Source: an uncultured Gammaproteobacteria bacterium (GTDB lineage Bacteria > Patescibacteriota > Patescibacteriia > Patescibacteriales > UBA12465). Taken from it: 64,000 bases of DNA. Position numbers and translations under genes: made by a program. Where the stretch lies: NCBI GenBank assembly GCA_964470695.1, contig CAYYDR010000001.1, positions 401,997 through 465,996 on the forward strand. The letters are read 5' to 3'. Numbering within the stretch: the first letter of the stretch is position 1; every line of letters begins with the position of its first letter. The notes beneath the pieces were generated by a model, which saw nothing but the letters and a program-made list of their open reading frames with translations, searched no databases and had not been told where the DNA came from. This document shows positions 55,346 through 63,644 of this stretch, one piece after another.

Positions 55346-55358
55346 CCCCGAGCAAAAT
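55346..55358 (+). repeat. Right-hand copy of the tRNA-Gln 3'-end repeat (candidate attR)
   Basis: CCCCGAGCAAAAT is identical to 49662-49674 and close to the tRNA end plus flank at 49446-49461. Confidence 0.5.
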
Positions 55359-55396
55359 TTACAAAATAGCACTAAATGTGCTATTTTTGGTATATA
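55358..55396 (+). promoter_or_regulatory. Palindromic promoter/operator module, copy 1
   Basis: TTTACA, 18-nt spacer, TGcTATTTT. Contains AAAATAGCAC-taaat-GTGCTATTTT (55363-55387). A 29-nt block is identical to copy 3. Confidence 0.6.
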
Positions 55397-55407
55397 ACAA
55401 TATAAAT

Positions 55408-56040
55408 ATGACTGTCTGGGACAAAATCTACCAAGATTATAAAAATGGCGGAGAAGAATATGCAACTTTAAAGAAGGGTTTAATCCCAGAGTTTTTGGAA
55501 TTTATTAATAATAATAATTTTACAATCAAAAAAGCTTTAGACGTTGGTTGTGGAAACGGTAAATATTTAGTATTTCTTAAAACTCTAGGATTTGAAGTCG
55601 GCGGTATTGACTCTAGTCCGACTGCCGTTGAGATGACCAAAGAAGCCCTAGGAAATAGTTTCGGTATTATCTGTGCTAATATGTATGATTATGATATACC
55701 CCATTCCCATTATGATTTAGTTATTTCTATTGCCGCCATCCACCATGGCTTAAAAAGCGAGGTTAATAAGGCTATAAAACATATTTACGATGCTCTTTTG
55801 CCGGGTGGACATTTTTTTATTACTTTACCAGATAACGAGGGAAGCTCGCATTGGACTATGATGGCCAGCCATGAAGAGATAGCTCCTGGGACTAGGGTCC
55901 CGCTGTCAGGGCCAGAGAAAGGTTTACCTCATAGCGCATTTACAAAAGATGAAATAGAAGAAATGTTTTCCGATTTCAAGAATATTAATTTACAATTATT
56001 AGCAGATAGGGGGCGGTGGATAGTTATTGGAGAAAAATAG
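55408..56040 (+). CDS. Class I SAM-dependent methyltransferase
   Basis: 'ALDVGCGNGKY' is motif I. I prefer the ATG at 55408 because the upstream GTG extension only reads through the conserved module. Confidence 0.7.
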   Translation: MTVWDKIYQDYKNGGEEYATLKKGLIPEFLEFINNNNFTIKKALDVGCGNGKYLVFLKTLGFEVGGIDSSPTAVEMTKEALGNSFGIICANMYDYDIPHSHYDLVISIAAIHHGLKSEVNKAIKHIYDALLPGGHFFITLPDNEGSSHWTMMASHEEIAPGTRVPLSGPEKGLPHSAFTKDEIEEMFSDFKNINLQLLADRGRWIVIGEK

Positions 56041-56094
56041 TTATTATAATCGCGGTTTGTTTTCATATAAAATTTTTAAGACCTAACCGTTTAT

Positions 56095-56697
56095 ATGATA
56101 GAAAAAATTGTTATTGCCACGCATAATCCTGCAAAAAAAGAGCGCTATGGACGCTTATTATCTTCTTTAGCAGAAACTGTTTTAAATTTAGATGATTTGG
56201 GGATTATTGATAAACCAATAGAATCTGGGTCAACTGCCGAAGAAAATGCGGAAATTAAGGCTAGGTTTTACGCCCAAAAATCAGGATTACCGGTCTTTTC
56301 CGAAGATGAGGCATTGTATGTGGATTTTCTCCCGTTAGATAGACAACCAGGAGTTCATGTGCGCAGAATTGATGGGAAAGATGAGGTTGATGACGAGGCA
56401 TTAATTAATTATTGGGAAGGAACAATAAAAGATGCGCCGTCTGATAAGCGATCCGGAAAATGGCATTTCGCGTATTGTTTATATTTCCCAGGCGGGGAAA
56501 TCAAAATTTTTACTATAGATCGTCCGATATTATTTTTTTCTCCGTCATCAGAAAAAAGAATACCAGGCTGGCCAATGAGTAGCCTGCAGGGGCCATTAAA
56601 ATTTAACAAACCTCATACGGAATTAACTAATGAGGAAAAAAATATAAATAATCAAACTGTTAACGATTTAATATCTAAAGAATTAAAGAATCTGTAA
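56095..56697 (+). CDS. Divergent Ham1/RdgB-like non-canonical NTP pyrophosphatase (tentative)
   Basis: 'KIVIATHNPAKKERY' resembles the ITPase N-terminal motif. The rest is weakly similar. Confidence 0.35.
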   Translation: MIEKIVIATHNPAKKERYGRLLSSLAETVLNLDDLGIIDKPIESGSTAEENAEIKARFYAQKSGLPVFSEDEALYVDFLPLDRQPGVHVRRIDGKDEVDDEALINYWEGTIKDAPSDKRSGKWHFAYCLYFPGGEIKIFTIDRPILFFSPSSEKRIPGWPMSSLQGPLKFNKPHTELTNEEKNINNQTVNDLISKELKNL

Positions 56698-56707
56698 GTT
56701 AATTGGT

Positions 56708-57271
56708 ATGTTAGGTATGGTAAATTTTAAGAATAACGATAAAATTTTATTTATTCCAGGATGGCTAGACACCGGCGGGAGAAATGGTTATCAGAATAGC
56801 CTGGATGTTTGGGATAAAAATATTGATATTAATAAAGATTTTAAGGTTGATTACGTCATAGCCCATAGCGTTGGATCCTTGGTGGCTTTGTATAACTGGA
56901 AATTATATAAAAATTTTAAAATTATTTTAGTAAATCCAGTAATTTTAAGAAGAGGTATATTTAGAAGATGGTATAAATTTAGCATTTCAGAGGGGCTACC
57001 AGATTCCTTCAAAAAATCAATAAAGATACTTCACATTATTACGTCTTTGATTAAAATTGTTAGGTTATTTAAAGTTCCAGTCCTTGATATTATTAATACT
57101 GTTCCTAAAGAAAATCTTGCTATTATTTATGGCGAGAATGATATATATCTTTTTGACAGAGAGGCTATACAGAAATTTAGAGAAAAAGGCTTTAGGATTG
57201 AAGAAGTAAAAGGATCCGGCCATAATTATGAAGAAAATATAGAGAAAGCTCTTTTGAATATCATTCCATAA
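56708..57271 (+). CDS. Small alpha/beta serine hydrolase (YdeN/RBBP9-like)
   Basis: 'ILFIPGW', a nucleophile elbow 'AHSVGS', a C-terminal 'GSGHN', and a size of ~190 aa. Confidence 0.55.
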   Translation: MLGMVNFKNNDKILFIPGWLDTGGRNGYQNSLDVWDKNIDINKDFKVDYVIAHSVGSLVALYNWKLYKNFKIILVNPVILRRGIFRRWYKFSISEGLPDSFKKSIKILHIITSLIKIVRLFKVPVLDIINTVPKENLAIIYGENDIYLFDREAIQKFREKGFRIEEVKGSGHNYEENIEKALLNIIP

Positions 57272-57318
57272 AATACTTAGCTCAAAATTATTCCAATTGC
57301 GTCTTATCTAACAATAAA

Positions 57319-57360
57319 TAGACAAAATACCACTTTTTGTGCTATTTTTGTTGTATATAA
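57319..57360 (+). promoter_or_regulatory. Palindromic promoter/operator module, copy 2
   Basis: TAGACA, 18-nt spacer, TGcTATTTT. Contains AAAATACCAC-ttttt-GTGCTATTTT (57324-57348). It is out of frame with the downstream ORF. Confidence 0.6.
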
Positions 57361-57375
57361 AGAATAAGTATTTAT

Positions 57376-58392
57376 ATGAAAACTACTATAATACCTTTCA
57401 CGTATACTAGAGAATTCTCTTTAATATTGTGTGAAGCTTGGGGCGGAGCATATAATAATTTTTTGGGCGTTCAACTAAAAACCCATCCCCGTTATATTTC
57501 ATTTATTAATAGGGGCATGGTATCTACGTACCGTAATCATGAGCTTGATAAAGAAGTTAATCTTCTGTTTTTGAGCCATATTAAGGAAAACCCGTCTTAT
57601 TTCAAAGATTTTTTTGATGAATATATTGATAGGTTTAATGGATTAAAAAATTTTTGGGAAAAGGAATATTTAAGCAGAGAAGAACTCATCTATTTTATTA
57701 ATCAGTTGATCTTATTCTGGCCAGCAATATATTCCAGTACCTATATACCTAACGATAATAATTTTTCCGAATTTGATTGCCAATTAAATTTAAAATTACG
57801 CGAAAAAATTGATATTGCCGCGCATGAGGCTAGTAATATAATAGTTAAGACTCTCCAAGCGATTTATCCTAATTTAGGGGAGCTGGTATATTCTATTAGC
57901 ATTGATGATTTCAAAAATGATCAAGTTGATGCAGAGAAAGTAGAAAAAATGTACAATAGTACTTTGATTTTGGTAGAAGACACTTTGGTTAGCAAGACTG
58001 ATCTTGAAGATTTAAAGAAAAAATATAACTTTGAATTAGAAAATGTGGACGCTTTATCAAGTCAGATGCACATAAAAGGACAAATTGCACATGTTGGCAA
58101 TGTGCGTGGAGTAGCTCGATTGATTTTTAAAAGAAATGAAATGGATAAGATTAAAAAGGGGGAGATATTAGTTACTGGTATGACGACTCCCGAGTTCCTG
58201 CCGGCCATGAGAAAATCGGCCGCTTTTATTACGGACGAAGGCGGTATTACTTGCCATGCGGCCATAATAGCCAGAGAGCTTAAAAAACCTTGCATTATTG
58301 GCACCAAGAATGCCACAAAAGTTATAAAAGACGGTGACTTAGTAGAAGTAGATGCAAATAATGGGATAGTTAAAATTCTAAAAAGAGTATAA
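57376..58392 (+). CDS. Protein with a C-terminal PEP-utilising-enzyme mobile (swivelling phosphohistidine) domain
   Basis: 'ILVTGMTTPEFLPAMRKSAAFITDEGGITCHAAIIARELKKPCIIG'. The N-terminal ~230 aa are unrecognised. Confidence 0.6.
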   Translation: MKTTIIPFTYTREFSLILCEAWGGAYNNFLGVQLKTHPRYISFINRGMVSTYRNHELDKEVNLLFLSHIKENPSYFKDFFDEYIDRFNGLKNFWEKEYLSREELIYFINQLILFWPAIYSSTYIPNDNNFSEFDCQLNLKLREKIDIAAHEASNIIVKTLQAIYPNLGELVYSISIDDFKNDQVDAEKVEKMYNSTLILVEDTLVSKTDLEDLKKKYNFELENVDALSSQMHIKGQIAHVGNVRGVARLIFKRNEMDKIKKGEILVTGMTTPEFLPAMRKSAAFITDEGGITCHAAIIARELKKPCIIGTKNATKVIKDGDLVEVDANNGIVKILKRV

Positions 58393-58564
58393 AGTTTTAT
58401 ATAATTAAAATATAAATTTATGAATAAAGTTACACGTTTTAAATTCCCCTGGGACAAAAAGAATAAGTAGACAGAGAAATTATAATGTGTTAGAGTAATT
58501 TATTATTTAAACAGTTATTTAAAAATTAAAGCAACTATTTCTAAACAAAAAGAGGTGAATCTCT

Positions 58565-59353
58565 ATGTGGTATTTAATGTATAAGCTTTTTAGACCAATC
58601 CAGCCTATTTCGGGCGGCCTAGCGGCTTGGATAGTTTCCAGGGCTTGCGGGGCAGATTTCCACTCATCTTTAGCCGCCGCAATGACTATGGCATTCGGTA
58701 TTATAGGGGCTAGTTTTTATCACTACGGCGGAGCTAATTGGATGTACGCTCGGAAATCCGAGCGGCTAAAGTTTAAAGACCCTCAGGTAATTATGCTCAT
58801 CGGTCTCGTTATATTTAGTCTTTCTATTGCTATCGCGGTTCAGTGGTTACCGAAACAGTGCGTCTATATCGCTCTGTTTAACACTATTTCCGTGGCAGCC
58901 TATTCGGCCAAGCTTTCGTCGCATTGGATGACCAAAAATCTGACCATGAGTTTAGTCTGCGCTACGCCGGTGGCCATGGGTTGGCAAGCGGGGAATTTTA
59001 CTCATCCGATAGTGCCATGGGCCATTGCTATAGCTATATTAGCCCATCTTTCTAGGGAGATGATTAAGGATGTCAAGGATATTATAGCCAACAATGGCCG
59101 TAGAGTAACCTTGCCTATGGTACTAGGAACCGGCACAGTCCTTCAAATTGCTGGCAGCCTATTATTTATCGTCGGAGTCATCATGATTTTTCTGTTATGG
59201 TTTACCGGGAGTGTATTCCAACAGGCCATGGTGGTTATGTCCATATCCCTATTTTTTCTAACGGCCTGGCAGCTTACTATTCATAAGCAGGCGATGCGGA
59301 GTGAAACAGTAATTACTATGGGGATGTTCTGCATTTTACTGGCTTTAGTTTAG
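58565..59353 (+). CDS. UbiA-superfamily-like polytopic membrane protein (atypical)
   Basis: About 8 TM helices. 'REMIKDVKDIIANNGRRVTLPMVLG' resembles the second Asp-rich motif region of UbiA prenyltransferases. I do not see the first Asp-rich motif. Confidence 0.4.
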   Translation: MWYLMYKLFRPIQPISGGLAAWIVSRACGADFHSSLAAAMTMAFGIIGASFYHYGGANWMYARKSERLKFKDPQVIMLIGLVIFSLSIAIAVQWLPKQCVYIALFNTISVAAYSAKLSSHWMTKNLTMSLVCATPVAMGWQAGNFTHPIVPWAIAIAILAHLSREMIKDVKDIIANNGRRVTLPMVLGTGTVLQIAGSLLFIVGVIMIFLLWFTGSVFQQAMVVMSISLFFLTAWQLTIHKQAMRSETVITMGMFCILLALV

Positions 59354-59374
59354 ATTTATTTTAGCTTGGATTCT

Positions 59375-59406
59375 ATGGCTGTCTATTTAAGGCAGCCATT
59401 TTTTTA
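59375..59406 (+). terminator. Intrinsic terminator
   Basis: Stem ATGGCTGTC/GGCAGCCAT followed by T8. Confidence 0.75.
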
Positions 59407-59487
59407 TTCATAATTAATTAAATTTAAATAGAGGGACTGTTTAATATGGTTAAATATGATATAATTTTCATATAATATATAAAAAAT

Positions 59488-60183
59488 ATGAAAAAAACGC
59501 CCGAACAAGCTTTAATGGAAATATTTAACGAATATAAAGACAGAGGACTTATTTCTTTGTATTTATATGGTTCAATTTTAACGCAAGACTATAATGAGGG
59601 AGAGAGCGATATAGATTCAATTGGATTTGCGTCTGAGGATATGCCGTTGTCTCTTGAAAATGAAATAAAAAATAAATTATGTGAAAAATCGGATTTTGAT
59701 AAATTTGGTTTTAGGCTTTTGTATAAATCCGAATTAGATTCCGGGATTATTAAAGGTAATTTAGCTAGTTTTATTCATCCTCAGTTATTGCTTCTGGATT
59801 TCCCTTACTGGAAACATGTAGCGGGGCAAGTTTTTTCCAGATCAGATTTTTCATTAGTTGATGTTGATGCGGCTGGGGCTGTAAAAATTAGATTAAATCA
59901 TTTGGTAAGAATTGAGGATGGCTCATTTAAGACTGCGCCGGGCGATAAGCATATTTTATTTTTGAAAGTATTAGCTCGGATTATGTTCCATTTACAAAAA
60001 GAGCGGGGTTATAGTGAGCCTTTTTCATATAGTTCGGTATTTCTCCATTCCAACGAAGAAGAAAAACTAGTTGCCGAGGCCATACTTAACTGTAAAAAAA
60101 ATAAATGGAGTGAATTGGCGTTTAAAGAGAATGAAGCTATATATAAAAATTTTATTAATGTTTTAAGAAGTCGTTTTATTTGA
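59488..60183 (+). CDS. Nucleotidyltransferase (AadA/ANT-like minimal NTase fold)
   Basis: 'LYLYGSILTQDYNEGESDIDSIGF' is a GS..DxD motif. Confidence 0.5.
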   Translation: MKKTPEQALMEIFNEYKDRGLISLYLYGSILTQDYNEGESDIDSIGFASEDMPLSLENEIKNKLCEKSDFDKFGFRLLYKSELDSGIIKGNLASFIHPQLLLLDFPYWKHVAGQVFSRSDFSLVDVDAAGAVKIRLNHLVRIEDGSFKTAPGDKHILFLKVLARIMFHLQKERGYSEPFSYSSVFLHSNEEEKLVAEAILNCKKNKWSELAFKENEAIYKNFINVLRSRFI

Positions 60184-60269
60184 GTGACATGGCGGTCTAT
60201 GGTTTTTCTATAAGAAATAGAAATATTTAGGATAAATTCGTCCCAACTATATCTAAACCTTGGAGTAAA

Positions 60270-60310
60270 TAGACAAAATAGCACTAAATGTGCTATTTTT
60301 GTTGTATAAA
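60270..60310 (+). promoter_or_regulatory. Palindromic promoter/operator module, copy 3
   Basis: TAGACA, 18-nt spacer, TGcTATTTT. Contains AAAATAGCAC-taaat-GTGCTATTTT (60275-60299). The ATG at 60314 follows closely. Confidence 0.6.
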
Positions 60311-60313
60311 TAT

Positions 60314-61426
60314 ATGGACAAAATACATAAACTATACATATTTTTGGGGTTAATGGTTTTTTTATTCCCCCTATCGCTAAAAGCCGAACAAGATGCTAGG
60401 CAATCAGAAATATTTGAGGCTCGAGTAGTAGAAGTACTTCGGGTTGAAGAAAAGAATAGGGAAAATGGCTCTAAGTTTGAGCAGCAAAATTTAAAACTCC
60501 AGGGATTAGAGGGGGATTGGCTAAATAAAGAAGTCGTGTATAATGGCATCTCTGAAATTGAGGTCGCTAATGCCAATTATTATCAGGTTGGCGATAAAGT
60601 TTTAGTTGATAGACAGACCGATGAGCTCGGCCAAGACACTTTTTATGTGACGGATTTTGTTAGAAGCGGTTATCTTTATTTTCTTTTTGCAATTTTTATT
60701 ATTATTGTTTTGGCCGTCGGTAGAGCTAAGGGATTTAAAGCTCTGCTTAGTCTATTATTGAGTTTCGTGGTTATAATTGAATTTATTTTACCGCAAATAT
60801 TGAACGGGGGAGATCCTTTTTTAGTCAGTCTGATTGGCGGTCTAATAATTTTGGGAATAATAATCTATCTCACTGAGGGTTTTAAGCTTAAGTCTCATAT
60901 AGCCGTATTATCAGTTTTAGTCTCGTTATCAATAACTCTGTTATTGTCAATAATTTTTACGACCCTGGCTAAATTATCAGGACTAGCGCAAGAAGAAGCC
61001 GCTTTTTTAATTGGGATAGGCGGCGTGGATATTAATTTTAGAGGTCTGCTATTAGCTGGTTTCATTATCGGAGCAATCGGCGTGCTGGATGATATTATTG
61101 TCGGTCAAGTAGAGGCCGTTGAACAAATTAGGCTGGCTAATCCCGCTCTTTCAGTAAAAAAAGTATTTACCATGGCTTATGAAGTCGGCAATACCCATAT
61201 TGGCGCAATTGTTAACACTCTTTTTCTTACTTATGCTGGAGCGGCTTTACCGCTGCTTTTATTGTTTATTCTGAATCAAGATTCGGGCGTAACATTCGGC
61301 CGACTGATAAATACCGAGATAGTCAGCACCGAAATAGTCAGGGCTTTGGTCGGCAGTATCGGAGTGATATTATCCATGCCAATCGCTACTTGGTTAGCGG
61401 CCGTTAAATTGAAGGTTAAAAATTAG
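60314..61426 (+). CDS. YibE/F-like polytopic membrane protein
   Basis: Signal/TM start at MDKIHKLYIFLGLMVFLF, an extracytoplasmic N-domain, then ~7 TM helices with a YibE/F-like pattern. I prefer the start at 60314. Confidence 0.5.
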   Translation: MDKIHKLYIFLGLMVFLFPLSLKAEQDARQSEIFEARVVEVLRVEEKNRENGSKFEQQNLKLQGLEGDWLNKEVVYNGISEIEVANANYYQVGDKVLVDRQTDELGQDTFYVTDFVRSGYLYFLFAIFIIIVLAVGRAKGFKALLSLLLSFVVIIEFILPQILNGGDPFLVSLIGGLIILGIIIYLTEGFKLKSHIAVLSVLVSLSITLLLSIIFTTLAKLSGLAQEEAAFLIGIGGVDINFRGLLLAGFIIGAIGVLDDIIVGQVEAVEQIRLANPALSVKKVFTMAYEVGNTHIGAIVNTLFLTYAGAALPLLLLFILNQDSGVTFGRLINTEIVSTEIVRALVGSIGVILSMPIATWLAAVKLKVKN

Positions 61427-61478
61427 TTAGCTTCGGTTGTTTAGATCTTAACATAATTAATATATAAAAAATAAAATT

Positions 61479-61652
61479 ATGAAAAAATATTATAGAATAA
61501 TATTATATTCTATTTTTGCAATATTATTCGGCATATTTATGTTTATATATGGCGGATATGACGATAGCCCTGGCGCGCAGCTTTTGGGGTTAATATTATT
61601 TATTATTGGTGTTGTTAGCTTAATAAAAAATAAAAGAAACAATTGTCTTTAG
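61479..61652 (+). CDS. Small two-TM membrane protein (57 aa, below the ORF-track cutoff)
   Basis: My translation is MKKYYRIILYSIFAILFGIFMFIYGGYDDSPGAQLLGLILFIIGVVSLIKNKRNNCL. Confidence 0.35.
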   Translation: MKKYYRIILYSIFAILFGIFMFIYGGYDDSPGAQLLGLILFIIGVVSLIKNKRNNCL

Positions 61653-61789
61653 TTTAGGCCGCATCTAAAGTTAATTAAAAGGATTTGACCGCGCCTTGAG
61701 TTTATACTTAGAAGCGGTCTTTTTTATTATTTTTAATAATAAGTCCGCGCGAGGTATTTTATATTTTCTTAATATTAAGAAACTTTATA

Positions 61790-61830
61790 TTGGCAAAATA
61801 GTTAAAAATATGCTATTTTTGTTATATTAC
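61790..61830 (+). promoter_or_regulatory. Palindromic promoter/operator module, copy 4 (degenerate)
   Basis: TTGGCA, 18-nt spacer, TGcTATTTT. The outer half-sites AAAATAG..CTATTTT are retained. 23 of 29 positions match copies 1 and 3. Confidence 0.5.
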
Positions 61831-61854
61831 CTCATAATTAAATTGTTTAATCAG

Positions 61855-63393
61855 GTGAAGAAAAAAATACAAATATTATTATTGCTAATCCGTTTGTCTT
61901 TTTTGGGTTTGTTTTTGTATTCGGGTGTTAGATTCTATATTTTTTTATCAAATAACCATGGTCCTCTAAATTTAGCTATCTCCTTTTTTCTGCTTTTAGC
62001 TGAAGCGCATTCAATCCTTCATTCATTAGGATTTATAATTAGTGTCGTTCGTCTGAGAGTGCCGGGGGTAAATTATCATCGTCACGCTGAGTTAGATATA
62101 AATAATTTGCCATCGGTAACAATTTTAGTCCCGGCTAGGAATGAGCCGGTTGATATTCTAGAGTTAACTTTTATTTCTTTAGTTTCTTTGGATTATAAAA
62201 ATAAGGAAATATTCTTTCTAGATGGTTCAGATGAAAAATACTTTAAGCAAAACCAGGCTTTAGCTGAAAAATATAATATTGGTTATTTTCACCCTACAGA
62301 GAGACCCCGGAGTAAGGCGGAAATAATTAATCGGTATTTACCTAATCTTACTAGTAAATATTTGGCGGTCTTTGACGCTGATCAAAACCCTTTGCCAGAA
62401 TTTTTATTAGAAACTGTTGGGCTATTGGAATATTCTAAAAGAATAGGCTTTGTTCAGACGCCTCAATTATATTCTAATCTTCATGTTAGCCCAATCGCGC
62501 GCGGCGCAGCTTTGCAACAGTCAATTTTTTATGAAAATGTTTGTGAATCAAAGGGTAAATCTGGGGCCATGTTTTGCTGTGGCACCAATTTTTTAATGCA
62601 AACTGAAGTTTTGAGGCAAGTAGGTGGGTTTGACGAGAGTTCGGTTACGGAAGATTTTGCCACTTCCGTTAAAATACACTCCCTGGGTTATCGTTCAATC
62701 TATTATAACCATGTTAGAGTTTTTGGCATGGCTCCGGAAACTCTGCCAGCCTATCTTAAACAGCAATTTCGTTGGTCGGCTGGATCAGTTGGGGTTCTGC
62801 GGCGCTTGTTTTTAGATTCTTTGAGCGGAAAATTGCATTTAAATTTTGCGCAAAAATGGGAGTATTTTTTATCCGCTACTTATTATTTTGTTGGCTGGTC
62901 ATTTTTTATCTTAATGCTGTGCCCAATTCTTTATTTATTGTTTGGCGTCCCTTCTTATTTTGCTAGCCCTTATTTATATCTAGGGACTTTTGTCCCTTAT
63001 TATACGCTAATGTTAGTAACCTTCTACGCGACTATGACTAAAAGACACTATAAGATAAGGGATATTTTTATGGGCATTATTATGGGATCCTTGAGTTATC
63101 CTGTTTTAATAAAATCTACCACGGCAGCCATCTTCGGCCGAAAAGTTAGTTTTGAAATAACCGACAAGGGAAGAACTGGCAGATTAAGTTTTTGGAGATT
63201 ATGGCCTTGGACTATTATGATAACTATAAATATATTGGCGATTGTAAATGGACTTTTTCATATTTCGGAAGATTATTATGCTATCGGGATAAATATTTTT
63301 TGGTGCGCTTATCATGCTATTTTGCTTTCTTATATATTTAAACTTAACGAAAGCCCCAAGATAGAAAAAGACAATATTTTAAATTACGCTTAA
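61855..63393 (+). CDS. Processive family-2 beta-glycan synthase (cellulose-synthase-like)
   Basis: 'VFDADQNP', 'VTEDFATS' and 'LKQQFRWSAGS' (QxxRW), flanked by TM helices. The start is uncertain: GTG 61855 or TTG 61843 if the module is a promoter, versus the ORF-track TTG 61696 or ATG 61810. Confidence 0.75.
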   Translation: MKKKIQILLLLIRLSFLGLFLYSGVRFYIFLSNNHGPLNLAISFFLLLAEAHSILHSLGFIISVVRLRVPGVNYHRHAELDINNLPSVTILVPARNEPVDILELTFISLVSLDYKNKEIFFLDGSDEKYFKQNQALAEKYNIGYFHPTERPRSKAEIINRYLPNLTSKYLAVFDADQNPLPEFLLETVGLLEYSKRIGFVQTPQLYSNLHVSPIARGAALQQSIFYENVCESKGKSGAMFCCGTNFLMQTEVLRQVGGFDESSVTEDFATSVKIHSLGYRSIYYNHVRVFGMAPETLPAYLKQQFRWSAGSVGVLRRLFLDSLSGKLHLNFAQKWEYFLSATYYFVGWSFFILMLCPILYLLFGVPSYFASPYLYLGTFVPYYTLMLVTFYATMTKRHYKIRDIFMGIIMGSLSYPVLIKSTTAAIFGRKVSFEITDKGRTGRLSFWRLWPWTIMITINILAIVNGLFHISEDYYAIGINIFWCAYHAILLSYIFKLNESPKIEKDNILNYA

Positions 63394-63394
63394 T

Positions 63395-63643
63395 ATGAAA
63401 AAGAAAAATCAAAAAATAATCTCAGATTTTATTTTGCAAAGCATTAATGAGGCTAGAATTAAAGAAGAATTAGCAATTCCTCTCTATTCCGGTCATATTA
63501 AGCAGACTTTGTTCTGGTCTGGATTGCCAAAGGTTAGTCGCGATAAAATTATGTCTGGTTTAACAACTTTAAAGACGGATTCAATAAAACATTGTAAAAT
63601 ATTGAAAAGGGTGGCTGATAATTATATAAAAAATAACAAATAA
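63395..63643 (+). CDS. Small hypothetical protein, translationally coupled to the glycan synthase gene
   Basis: The ATG lies 1 nt after the upstream stop. A helical 'DSIKHCKILKRV' segment is an ExxH/DxxxH-like, ferritin-like hint only. Confidence 0.35.
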   Translation: MKKKNQKIISDFILQSINEARIKEELAIPLYSGHIKQTLFWSGLPKVSRDKIMSGLTTLKTDSIKHCKILKRVADNYIKNNK

Positions 63644-63644
63644 T

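Larger units (their letters stand above)
49455..55358. mobile_element. Putative integrated genomic (defence) island at tRNA-Gln, integrase-less
   Basis: tRNA 3'-end repeats CCCCGAGCA(..)AAAAT at 49446-49461, 49662-49674 and 55346-55358. The interior is AT-richer. Cargo is an R-M pair, DGQHR, a HEPN-motif protein and HTH genes. No recombinase gene is visible. Confidence 0.5.

Noticed and set aside
55378-61854. N-terminal extensions 'MLFLVYNNIN', 'MLFLLYKY' and 'MLFLLYYLII..' given by the ORF track at 55378, 60290 and 61696/61810.
   Set aside because: The shared 'MLFL' comes from translating the conserved GTGCTATTTTTG arm of the palindromic module. In copy 2 the same DNA is out of frame with the gene, so the conservation is regulatory rather than coding. 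I used downstream starts instead.
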